Shown piece after piece: positions 18,700 to 27,326 of a stretch of DNA of 32,178 nucleotides. The notes beneath the pieces are model-generated. The model worked only from the letters and a program-made list of their open reading frames with translations. It did not search any database and was not told where the DNA came from. The DNA is from an uncultured virus (IMG/VR IMGVR_UViG_3300037961_002446) (taxonomy: Duplodnaviria > Heunggongvirae > Uroviricota > Caudoviricetes). The position numbers were made by a program, and so were the translations under genes. The stretch is from positions 62,001-94,178 of the IMG/VR virus record IMGVR_UViG_3300037961_002446; one strand, written 5' to 3'. Numbering within the stretch: the stretch's first letter is position 1; each line of letters starts with the position of its first letter.

Positions 18700-20552
18700 A
18701 ACTTGCTCGCTAAGAACCTAACATGGTGGCTCATTTGATTATCGGGGTATGCTTTTAGTTCTTCAATGGTTATCCACTTGTAATCACTATGCTCAAAAGA
18801 TAATGTAGGATTCCATTCTTCTTCTACATCTACTCTAAAGCAGTGATATTTCTTTGGTGGAGTCATATTCTTATCAAAGTGAACGCCTACTTTAGAAGAG
18901 GGTTTCTTGAATAATCCTAGTTCTTCACCTGCTTCAATCATACAGACTTTTTCAGCATCAGGAGTTCCATCTTCATTAAACTCATCAAGTTCTTCTATTT
19001 TACCACCTGCAAATTCCCAAAGACCTATCATTGTATCTTCTTCAGGAGAACGCTCAACAATTAGAATCTTATCTCCTTTGTAAACTGCTACACCTGCGGC
19101 ATGGCGAACACCGTCTTTATCTAACAAGAATTTCTTGGGGTTATCTCCTTTAGCAAACCAAGAGAGTCCTTTTCTTTCCATTTCTTCTTCTGATTTAGCA
19201 ATAATCCCACCAATATTTTCTAGTTCGTCCATCACAGACATTTTACAGTTGTCTTTGTATTTTTGAATATCATCTAAATAAATTCCTTCTTTTAGCCAAT
19301 CAAAACCTACATGGTCTTTATGATTCTCCCACTTCATTAGTTTGAAAATTTCATCACAACGGCTCTTATACCAATCAGCCTTCTTGTAAGATTTTTTCAT
19401 TCGTATTAATTCCAATAGTAGTTCAGCATTACCTTTCTTTAGCCTAAAATGCGGCAAGCATTTTGTTAGCAATTTTGTCACATCGTCCTGTGAATAAAAA
19501 TTAAGCCTGTTAATTAGTCTAGTATCTTGTGGTGATTTTTGGTCTAAGTGCATACGACCAAAACCAATTGACTTATGCATTTCTTCCATGAATGCTCGGC
19601 CTCTAGTTCCTGTGGCAACTAACCCCACTCTAGGATTCATATTGCGGTCAAGTGTGATATAGCCATCTGAGTCAATAAAAGCAGCACAGTAGGCCCAAAT
19701 ATTCTTTTTCATCATAGATGGCATTTTGTAATATGCTCCATTAGATGAAACAATATCTAGTTTCTTTACCATCTTAGAAATCATATTAGGAGAAGATATT
19801 TTGAAAAGAGGAGTAGGCATTTTTTCATGGATTTCTCTTGCACCTATTCCTTGATTTTCACAAACTGCCTTTAGAATAAAATCCTCTTGTCTTTGTTTCT
19901 TAGTCTTAGTAATTGATTGGTCTGTAATTTTAGCGAGGGCATCTCTAAAAGATTTCTTGGCACTTCTCATTTCTTTATGGATTTGACTGTATTCTTGGGA
20001 GTAGGCCATTCCTTGTTGTTCCAAATCTAATTCCCAATACTTACACAAAGCATCTACTGTTTCTCTTCTTAGTTCAGCATCTTTCATTTTGTGTAGTTTA
20101 TGCAGGTCTTTTTCATTAAACCTCATCTGTAAAAGAGCAGGAGTGTATGGTGAAAGCCAAGAAATAGATTTGATACATTTCTGTAGATGGTCAGCATAAG
20201 CATTAATCATAGTGTCTATTGCCTTAGACATTTTTTCTCTTTGTTCTCCTTTGAGTTCTCTCCTAGCCTTTCTCATTTTCTTAACTAGGTCGGGAATAGT
20301 TTGGTCTTGAACCATGTATTCACTAGGAAAACTGTTGAGTTGTTTTCTTGCTTCTGTAGCATTGATGTTTCTTTCTATAGATAGTTTGGTGATTTCTTCA
20401 TGTTCAGACATGACATGAGTAAGCGTTCCTTTTAGTTCAGTATCTAGTTCTCTCTCTACAGACTCTTTGACTTCGGCTTCTTCTTCATCAAGTTCAGCAA
20501 GTCTTTGCATTTGTTGTGCCGCTTGCCTGTATTTGTCAGCCTGTTCTGTCAT
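18696..20552 (-). CDS. Multidomain protein: helical region, wHTH-like, LAGLIDADG and Nudix hydrolase
   Basis: YCAAFIDSDGYI LAGLIDADG helix near 19660-19692. C-terminal WEFAGGKIE...EAGEELGL Nudix box and LSFEHSDYKW. GGTGA RBS. Confidence 0.8.
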   Translation of the reverse strand: MTEQADKYRQAAQQMQRLAELDEEEAEVKESVERELDTELKGTLTHVMSEHEEITKLSIERNINATEARKQLNSFPSEYMVQDQTIPDLVKKMRKARRELKGEQREKMSKAIDTMINAYADHLQKCIKSISWLSPYTPALLQMRFNEKDLHKLHKMKDAELRRETVDALCKYWELDLEQQGMAYSQEYSQIHKEMRSAKKSFRDALAKITDQSITKTKKQRQEDFILKAVCENQGIGAREIHEKMPTPLFKISSPNMISKMVKKLDIVSSNGAYYKMPSMMKKNIWAYCAAFIDSDGYITLDRNMNPRVGLVATGTRGRAFMEEMHKSIGFGRMHLDQKSPQDTRLINRLNFYSQDDVTKLLTKCLPHFRLKKGNAELLLELIRMKKSYKKADWYKSRCDEIFKLMKWENHKDHVGFDWLKEGIYLDDIQKYKDNCKMSVMDELENIGGIIAKSEEEMERKGLSWFAKGDNPKKFLLDKDGVRHAAGVAVYKGDKILIVERSPEEDTMIGLWEFAGGKIEELDEFNEDGTPDAEKVCMIEAGEELGLFKKPSSKVGVHFDKNMTPPKKYHCFRVDVEEEWNPTLSFEHSDYKWITIEELKAYPDNQMSHHVRFLASKL

Positions 20553-20561
20553 TTTATCACC

Positions 20562-21983
20562 TTAGAAATTTAAACCGATAGCGTTTCTTGTTTGCGGTTT
20601 ATCATCACCAAACAACCCTAAATCATCTAGCAATATGAAATTGTCGTTGGATTGGTAAGTAGCCGCATTCGCCAAAGCCAAACTCATTACCATGTCATCG
20701 TGTGCGCCTACTCCTTCAAATTTACCCCGTTCAGTAATAGCAAACATAGACATTTCTTCTATTAAGGCAGAAGTCGTCCTTCTACTTTCCTCATTACCGT
20801 ATGGGAAATTCATCTTATTATTTTCTAGAGTCATCTGTAGATTCAAAATAATTTCTTGCTTTTTTCTTCTAGTGGTGTTGAAGTCATGAACATTCAAGTC
20901 AGCCACTTGTCTTAATTCTTGAGTAAATGATTTAGCGAAAGTATTTGTTTCAAACAAGATAACTTCAGGCCTAAACATTTGACCAATGAGTTTTACCTTC
21001 TGTATGTTTTCTCTAAACTCTACATTCTTTGCTCGGTCAATATAGACAATAGATTTGTTTTCATTCTCGTCCATCTCTAATACAGTAATTACATTGTAGT
21101 CGCCATCTGTAGATATAGCAGGGTCTACGCCTACAAAGTATTTGTAGCCTTCACGCTTCAACGGCTTCAAAACTAAATCTTTATTCTTAGCACCTTCTAA
21201 ATGCTCAGGGTTAAACAAAGAAGTTCCTGTAGAAATAGGCACACACATATATTCTCTAGTAAATTTAAGAGAACCTATTTCAGCCTTTCTCGCCATCAAT
21301 GAATCATAATCCCAACGACTTGGCCATAACGGTTCATTAAGAGCATTTAGGCAAGGATAGGTTCTAAGAGTATATGCTGCATTTTCAGACAACTGAGCAT
21401 AAATATCTGTATAACTAAATGGTGTCCCAATAACTCTTAGTGAAGCAGAATGATGTAGTGTAGGAATCATATCACCGTAAAACCAATCAGTGACTTTCTG
21501 AATTCCTGACATACTAAATTCTTTCAAAGGGTCGTCAATAATAATCTCTTGAGGGTGAAGTCCACGAATCTGTGAACCAACAGAACGCTCTAAGATTTGA
21601 TTGCCATTTGTTAGAGTAATGTTTCCAATAGCCCAACCTCTTGCAGGTTTGTATTTCTTTAGCATTGGGTGATTGAACATTTTGTCTATGTCCCTCATGT
21701 GAACCATAGTCTGTTTTTGGTTAGAAGAAATGTATAGCATTTGATATGGAGGAGGTTGAAAAATCAAATTCCAAACAACCCAACTATGCATGAATACAGA
21801 TTTACCATGACCTCTTGAACAAATAATTACACTTCTTTGTGTAGTGTTCATTAGTTCTAGCCATTCTTCTTGGTGTTTAGCAAACTCCCAACCTAGCACT
21901 TGCTGAAAAAAATACGGAAAGGAATTTTTGGATAATTCCATATCCATTTGATGTTCAAAATTAAGTTGCTCTAAATCAGACAT
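20562..21983 (-). CDS. terL: Terminase large subunit
   Basis: Walker A SRGHGKS, Walker B IIIDD, motif III IGTP, RNase H-like nuclease GVDPA and HDDMVMS. Confidence 0.93.
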   Translation of the reverse strand: MSDLEQLNFEHQMDMELSKNSFPYFFQQVLGWEFAKHQEEWLELMNTTQRSVIICSRGHGKSVFMHSWVVWNLIFQPPPYQMLYISSNQKQTMVHMRDIDKMFNHPMLKKYKPARGWAIGNITLTNGNQILERSVGSQIRGLHPQEIIIDDPLKEFSMSGIQKVTDWFYGDMIPTLHHSASLRVIGTPFSYTDIYAQLSENAAYTLRTYPCLNALNEPLWPSRWDYDSLMARKAEIGSLKFTREYMCVPISTGTSLFNPEHLEGAKNKDLVLKPLKREGYKYFVGVDPAISTDGDYNVITVLEMDENENKSIVYIDRAKNVEFRENIQKVKLIGQMFRPEVILFETNTFAKSFTQELRQVADLNVHDFNTTRRKKQEIILNLQMTLENNKMNFPYGNEESRRTTSALIEEMSMFAITERGKFEGVGAHDDMVMSLALANAATYQSNDNFILLDDLGLFGDDKPQTRNAIGLNF

Positions 21984-22531
21984 TACCTTCCACCCATATT
22001 AAACGGGTTAAACGGTTCATCTCTTCTCGGCCTAGCAGTAGGTCGTTGTTGTGAAGAATGATTAGGTTTAACCCCATTGAAATAAATATCTATCTTTTCG
22101 GCATTAGAAGGATAGTTTCTTCCACTAGATTTATCATCAGGACTAACATGAGTTAGTAGAATTACTTTGCTATATGGCTCATTTTGTTTTGTTCTCAATT
22201 CACTTACTTTAAGTTGCACTCTAGGTAGTTTTCCTTCTGTCATTACCTTTATCATTAGGAAACTTCTATCTCTAGTGCTTGAATTTAGATAACACCAATA
22301 GTCGCCAACTGAAAGTTGTTTTAACCTAGCCTCAATATCAGGACTGATAGTATTATGGCTAAGTTTTCCCTTGTATCTTTCATTCATGCTATACAGATAA
22401 TGAGGCATAAAAATAATCGCTACATCGTCATCTTCTTTTGTATTAGCGTAACCTTCGCCTCTTTTGTCTTTAGGTCTAGGGTCTTCGCCATAATCTTGAC
22501 TAGGCTTTAATTTAAGAATATCCCACCACAT
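21983..22531 (-). CDS. Hypothetical protein with MWWDILK leader
   Basis: 182 aa, abuts the terL start. Confidence 0.7.
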   Translation of the reverse strand: MWWDILKLKPSQDYGEDPRPKDKRGEGYANTKEDDDVAIIFMPHYLYSMNERYKGKLSHNTISPDIEARLKQLSVGDYWCYLNSSTRDRSFLMIKVMTEGKLPRVQLKVSELRTKQNEPYSKVILLTHVSPDDKSSGRNYPSNAEKIDIYFNGVKPNHSSQQRPTARPRRDEPFNPFNMGGR

Positions 22532-22532
22532 C

Positions 22533-23348
22533 TTAATTGCCGTCCTCTATGTCATATCTAGCATTACTGCTTCTAAGCATTTCTTCTAGAATACCTCTAT
22601 ATGCTTCCCCTCTTCTTCTTGGCCTAGAGAAACCTATCTTAAGATAATACAAAACCATTCTTTTGTTAATGTCTGCTAGATTAGTATATCTAACATATTT
22701 TTTTCTATCTACAGGAATCTCATCATCAAGGATTTTTTCTTTTAGCGTTAGCCATTGTTCATCTGTAATTTGCCTACCTTGATTTGGTTTTGCTTTCACT
22801 ACAGACCACCACTCAGGCATTACATCATCAGCATATACGCACTTAGCAAATTCATCTTTACCTCTAATACTGCGTATAGCCCAATTGCCGTTAGGGTATG
22901 CGCTATTCCATTCGCTTATAACTGATTCGGGGAGTAAAGAACTAAACTGCTCAAACCCTTCATCTTGAGAAAATTTCCAACCGTTTCTTCTAGCATTAGC
23001 AATCCATCTAGCATTATCTCCATCTCTATGACCAAAAGCAGCAACTAGTGGTTTTGATTGGTTTAGTTGTGGTTCTCTTGCATCTTGTAATGCTCTATTA
23101 TTTCCACCAATTTCTCTTCCTTCGGCAGTAGCATACATTCCACCTACAACGGTATGTGCAGGGTGTTCTTTCCAACCAACAGTTGAAATGGCTCTATCAT
23201 CATCATTGACTCTAATAATCCACTTATCTAATTCATAGATACCGGATTCTAAATCAGCCCTGCGAGTATATGGGTCTTCAGGATTATCCTCAGAAAACCT
23301 CTTTTTCATATCTTCATATGAAAATACCGCAGGGAGAACTTTTACCAT
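22533..23348 (-). CDS. Hypothetical protein, possible GNAT-like N-terminal domain
   Basis: 271 aa. VVGGMYATAEGREIG resembles GNAT motif A. Internal MPEWWSVVKA. Confidence 0.5.
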   Translation of the reverse strand: MVKVLPAVFSYEDMKKRFSEDNPEDPYTRRADLESGIYELDKWIIRVNDDDRAISTVGWKEHPAHTVVGGMYATAEGREIGGNNRALQDAREPQLNQSKPLVAAFGHRDGDNARWIANARRNGWKFSQDEGFEQFSSLLPESVISEWNSAYPNGNWAIRSIRGKDEFAKCVYADDVMPEWWSVVKAKPNQGRQITDEQWLTLKEKILDDEIPVDRKKYVRYTNLADINKRMVLYYLKIGFSRPRRRGEAYRGILEEMLRSSNARYDIEDGN

Positions 23349-23599
23349 TACTTTTCACCTAGAAAGTATTTTAAATTTCTATCATAGAAAGCATCAAACT
23401 CATCAGGAGTTTTAACAGAATCAAGTTGTTCAAGTTTAACTGTCGCTAAATCTTCTGACTTTCCTCTTTCAGTAGTCTTTGCTCTACCTACCATGCTCTC
23501 TAATTTACTTCTAATTTCGGGTATTTTTTGTTTCATTTCTGCTGGCCTACTAAAATCTAATAGACTAGTTTGTGCTTTTAGTATATCTTTCCAATTCAT
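23348..23599 (-). CDS. Hypothetical protein with MNWKDILK leader
   Basis: 83 aa, GGTGA RBS. Confidence 0.7.
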   Translation of the reverse strand: MNWKDILKAQTSLLDFSRPAEMKQKIPEIRSKLESMVGRAKTTERGKSEDLATVKLEQLDSVKTPDEFDAFYDRNLKYFLGEK

Positions 23600-23603
23600 T
23601 TTA

Positions 23604-23891
23604 TCACCATAGTTTCTTACACGCTAAACATTTTGGGGTTGTAATTCTACCTTTACATTGGTCGCAATTATGTCTTGATTTGAAGTTAGCCCTGCGCTTT
23701 TTGTTGGTATGAGTTCCACCGCCTCTATTCTTTCCCTTGCCTTTGTAATTACCATAGCCTTTAGCACCTGCATGAATCTTTTTCCCTTCATGAGTAAGCA
23801 TCATAATTTTCTTACCTGCTCTATCGGAAGGATATACACGACCTACTCGCATATCTTTCTTATCTTTCTTTAGCACTTCTTCCCAAGACAT
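23604..23891 (-). CDS. Basic Cys/His protein with MSWEEVLK leader
   Basis: Probable start at 23891 (GGAGGGG RBS; ORF track: 23936). GKKIHAGAKGY...RRANFKSRHNC...C..KLW resembles small basic viral DUF proteins. Confidence 0.7.
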   Translation of the reverse strand: MSWEEVLKKDKKDMRVGRVYPSDRAGKKIMMLTHEGKKIHAGAKGYGNYKGKGKNRGGGTHTNKKRRANFKSRHNCDQCKGRITTPKCLACKKLW

Positions 23892-23895
23892 AATA

Positions 23896-24465
23896 TCAGC
23901 CCCTCCATCTAGTTCCTGATGGTGTATGTGTTCCACCTGTGTTATAGGTTATATTAGAACTAGTCATTCTTGGTTTTGTTCTGAACTGCCTCATTTCTTG
24001 TTGTTGCTTATTGTATTCTTCTTTTGCTTTTTGTTGAGCGTATTTTATTCCTTGTTGTATAGTAACCCTACCGACAAAAACATCACCTTCATTCTTAAGA
24101 TATTCAGTTAGAAATCTACCTGCTGATTTTAGAGCCGATTTATTTTGATTGTAAGTATTCAAATCATTTTGGTCTGAAAATTTAATTCCATCAACAGTGA
24201 ACTGCGGTGGTTTGGGTTTATTGCTAAACAAGCCTCTTATCTTCAAAACCTCTTCCCATTTCTTAACAGGTTCATGAGTATAATAATCTCCATGCTTATG
24301 CTCAAACAGTTTACCATCTTCTTTCATATCAGAAATAGTTTCCTTGAGTTTCTTTTTATCAGCAATATCTTTTAGATTCTTCATACCCAATGCTCCGCCT
24401 TCGGCTTCAACCTCATCAAGTATTTCTTCTTCAACATCTTCTTTTAGAATGCTTTTCCAACTCAT
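23896..24465 (-). CDS. Hypothetical protein with MSWKSILK leader and internal KWEEVLK
   Basis: 189 aa, apparently two modules. Confidence 0.7.
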   Translation of the reverse strand: MSWKSILKEDVEEEILDEVEAEGGALGMKNLKDIADKKKLKETISDMKEDGKLFEHKHGDYYTHEPVKKWEEVLKIRGLFSNKPKPPQFTVDGIKFSDQNDLNTYNQNKSALKSAGRFLTEYLKNEGDVFVGRVTIQQGIKYAQQKAKEEYNKQQQEMRQFRTKPRMTSSNITYNTGGTHTPSGTRWRG

Positions 24466-24839
24466 GCTCCTTTCCTCCTTTTGTAAGTTTTACAGGCCGC
24501 ACAGGTTGGCCTACATCTTTGCTTAGTCCCTTTAGAAGCATCTTGTCTTCCACATGGTTTTGTTCCTTTTTTATCATCTTCACAAGATTGACAAGAAACC
24601 CAACCTTTCTGTCCTCCACCGCCTCTTCTTGAAAACCAACCGTGAAGACCCTCTTTCTTTTCTCTAGCAAAATTATCTCCACCCTTCTTTACAGAATTAC
24701 CCCAATTATCTGCACCAACTTTACGGCATCTAACTAAAGCACCACTAGCATAAGCGGAAGGCCACTTTTTGTAGCGGCTACGGACTTTGTGATAACAAGC
24801 GTCCTTTTTCTTCTTTAGTTCTTCAAACCACAAGTCCAT
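24462..24839 (-). CDS. Basic Cys-rich protein with MDLWFEELK leader
   Basis: KKDACYHKVRSRYKKWPSAYASGALVRCRK and GLHGWF...GWV...KPCGR...CRP modules, recalled from marine phage hypothetical proteins. GGTGA RBS. Confidence 0.7.
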   Translation of the reverse strand: MDLWFEELKKKKDACYHKVRSRYKKWPSAYASGALVRCRKVGADNWGNSVKKGGDNFAREKKEGLHGWFSRRGGGGQKGWVSCQSCEDDKKGTKPCGRQDASKGTKQRCRPTCAACKTYKRRKGA

Positions 24840-24843
24840 AGTA

Positions 24844-27321
24844 TCACCTAAAGTTAGCCTTAATCAAATAAACTTGCTCAGTATTAATCCCGTATTCCTT
24901 TGAAATGTTGTTATGTGAATCATCAGACTTGACGATATTTTCTATTTCTAGATGGCTCAAATCTATTCCTTCTTCTATGTGCATTTTAGTAATAACACTA
25001 TCAATAGAATCATATGTAAGATTCATGAAACCATATTCCACTTTCTTACCTAGTTGTTTTCTAATAGCATCGTGAGCCTTAAGCAACTTGTTTAGAACAA
25101 TCGGCAAATCATCTTCTACCTTAGTAAACAGTTTCTTCAATCTCTTATATTGTGCTTTCATAGCAGGTTCTTTGGTTAGTAGGCTTTGGTGTCTATCAAT
25201 GTAGTGTGGTAGTGCAAAGATAGGGAACGCTTCTCTATTACTGTATGACCGTTCAAAAGATTCTGCTCTTTCTTCAACAGACTTACCATTAATAGGCTCA
25301 TCAGCATAGGTATTATCTCCTATCTCTTCCATAAAGTGCATCAGCAAAGCACCCATATAGTCGCTATTTCTTTCTTCGGTATCTTCTCCAAAGATTTCAG
25401 TTAAAGCATCAGCCGCATTATCAGCCGCTTGGATTAATTCATCAGTAATTTCAAAGTTAGGCTTATCTAGGAATTCTAAGAAATCAGCAATTCTTCTAAT
25501 GTCTGAAACTTCAATAGCACTTGCACCAATTCCTGAAAGTAATTCGTATGCTCCTCCCATTACAGTTTCTAATCCTGTATCTCTTGCTAGAATTTCCAAA
25601 ACCTTTGCTCCTCTTCCTGAAATAAAACTTGGAGTTTCTATTGGTAGTCTACCTGCATACATTGGAGTAATGTAATAAGCAGTAGCGGATTCTAGAAATT
25701 TAGCAATTATTCCCTTAAACTCTTCAAGACTTTCATCAAGTTCTCCTCTAGTAAGTGGGTTAATTGGTCTTGACCTTGCTCCTCCGAGTCTTCCCATTCT
25801 TTCTCTATAAGAACCGCCACTTGTTCTAGGGGCTTCTCTAGACATTCCTGCATCAGCACCGAATACGCTTCCTAAAGTTCCTCCTCTACCTGTTGCTCTA
25901 ACTCCTGAAGCAAAACCAAATTTCTTGCTTGTTAATCCCGCATGAATTTCATCTAACATTTCAGACAACATAGATTCAATATCCATAGTAATCCCATCAC
26001 GCTCAACTGCTGATGGTAGTTTTTCAGGATATTTAGCGAAGGTTCTAAACTTGGTATCTTTCATTACTGTAATAGGCAAAAAGAATTCTCCTTTTTCACT
26101 AACAAAAGAATCTTCTATGTCATCTATCATTTGTTCAATATCTGTTTGGAAATCAATAGTGGTATCATCTTGTCCTAATACTTCTAGAAGTTCAGTAATT
26201 ATTCTATGTCCTTCGTCATTAAACGCCAAAAGTTTCTTTCCTCTCATTACCTCAAATGCTAGGAGAGGGTCAATAAAGAGAGTTTCTTCTTCAACGGTTT
26301 TGTCTGCATATACATCATCTATAGAATCATCAGCCAACTGTTCTTCCAAAAACCCATCATCTCTATGAGTAGTTTCCAAACCATTCCATTGACTCATGTA
26401 TTGTTCTTCCCAAGCATCTTGCCCCGAAGAATCTACATCGTCTTCGTCTTCCCCTTGAATTTCTATTTTCTTCTTAGATAGACCCTTCATGATTAGTAGG
26501 TTTTCTAGAATAGCCACCATTCTTTCAGCAGGTTTGATTTGATTTAGGCCAACTGTAGGAAATCTAGCAATATATTCTAGGTTCTCATCTCCATACTTTT
26601 CATTTAGTTTGTTAAAGTAATTCTTGAATTGTTCATTCTCGCTTTTGTTAGCGGCAACAAATAGAGCATCTAGGTCTTCTTTGAATTGAGTATATTTTTC
26701 AGAAATCTCTTCCCAATAGTCGTAAATGTCATCTCTTTGTCCTAGTTTAGAAAGAGGGGTTGCTCCCAAATATTTTCTGATATTGAACCTAACTGACTTC
26801 ATTTTAGCCTTAGATTCTCCTTGACTAATCTTTCTTTTGAGAACCTGTTGGATTCTTTCTATGTTGTGTTGTAGATTGTCAAGTTGTTGTTGAGTAAATT
26901 TCTCCTTGAATTCAGGCATCTGCAAAAAAGTATCAACTGTTTGTTGGAATGCAGGTTCAAGGATTTTAGTTTGGCTAATATCTCCAATAGTAAAATTTTC
27001 TAGTTTTTCTTCAAATAGAGTTTCTTTAGTTAGATTAACTCCTTCTTCATCTTTAATCTTAAGACGCATAATTGGGCCATAAGCAAATTCTCTAACATCT
27101 GTAGCGGCTAAACTTTTGATTTCTCTTCTTAGTTGAGTTCTAAATTTCTTAGCCTCTTTGTCTAGTTCTGACCCTTCTAGACCTTCTTGGGCTTTTTTGT
27201 TTCTAAAGTCCTCAACTAAATCTTTCATTCCTTGAATTCTCTCAGGGCTTCTATCTTCTGTATTCTGAACAAGGGCTTGTATTTCCCTCATCAAATCTTT
27301 ATTTTCTTGAATATCGGCCAT
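24844..27321 (-). CDS. Large acidic hypothetical protein with C-terminal HTH-like motif
   Basis: About 825 aa, start MADIQ at 27321 (AGTGA RBS). RG-rich loop in the middle. Ends SHNNISKEYGINTEQVYLIK. Confidence 0.75.
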   Translation of the reverse strand: MADIQENKDLMREIQALVQNTEDRSPERIQGMKDLVEDFRNKKAQEGLEGSELDKEAKKFRTQLRREIKSLAATDVREFAYGPIMRLKIKDEEGVNLTKETLFEEKLENFTIGDISQTKILEPAFQQTVDTFLQMPEFKEKFTQQQLDNLQHNIERIQQVLKRKISQGESKAKMKSVRFNIRKYLGATPLSKLGQRDDIYDYWEEISEKYTQFKEDLDALFVAANKSENEQFKNYFNKLNEKYGDENLEYIARFPTVGLNQIKPAERMVAILENLLIMKGLSKKKIEIQGEDEDDVDSSGQDAWEEQYMSQWNGLETTHRDDGFLEEQLADDSIDDVYADKTVEEETLFIDPLLAFEVMRGKKLLAFNDEGHRIITELLEVLGQDDTTIDFQTDIEQMIDDIEDSFVSEKGEFFLPITVMKDTKFRTFAKYPEKLPSAVERDGITMDIESMLSEMLDEIHAGLTSKKFGFASGVRATGRGGTLGSVFGADAGMSREAPRTSGGSYRERMGRLGGARSRPINPLTRGELDESLEEFKGIIAKFLESATAYYITPMYAGRLPIETPSFISGRGAKVLEILARDTGLETVMGGAYELLSGIGASAIEVSDIRRIADFLEFLDKPNFEITDELIQAADNAADALTEIFGEDTEERNSDYMGALLMHFMEEIGDNTYADEPINGKSVEERAESFERSYSNREAFPIFALPHYIDRHQSLLTKEPAMKAQYKRLKKLFTKVEDDLPIVLNKLLKAHDAIRKQLGKKVEYGFMNLTYDSIDSVITKMHIEEGIDLSHLEIENIVKSDDSHNNISKEYGINTEQVYLIKANFR

Positions 27322-27326
27322 AATTA

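Noticed and set aside
19300..19700. LAGLIDADG as part of an intein or group I intron
   Set aside because: No intein C-terminal HN-[CST] junction was seen, and the flanking terL and portal are uninterrupted.
24431..24682. Alternative-frame minus ORF (83 aa), likewise 28556-28846
   Set aside because: Each overlaps better-supported genes and has no recognisable RBS or motif.
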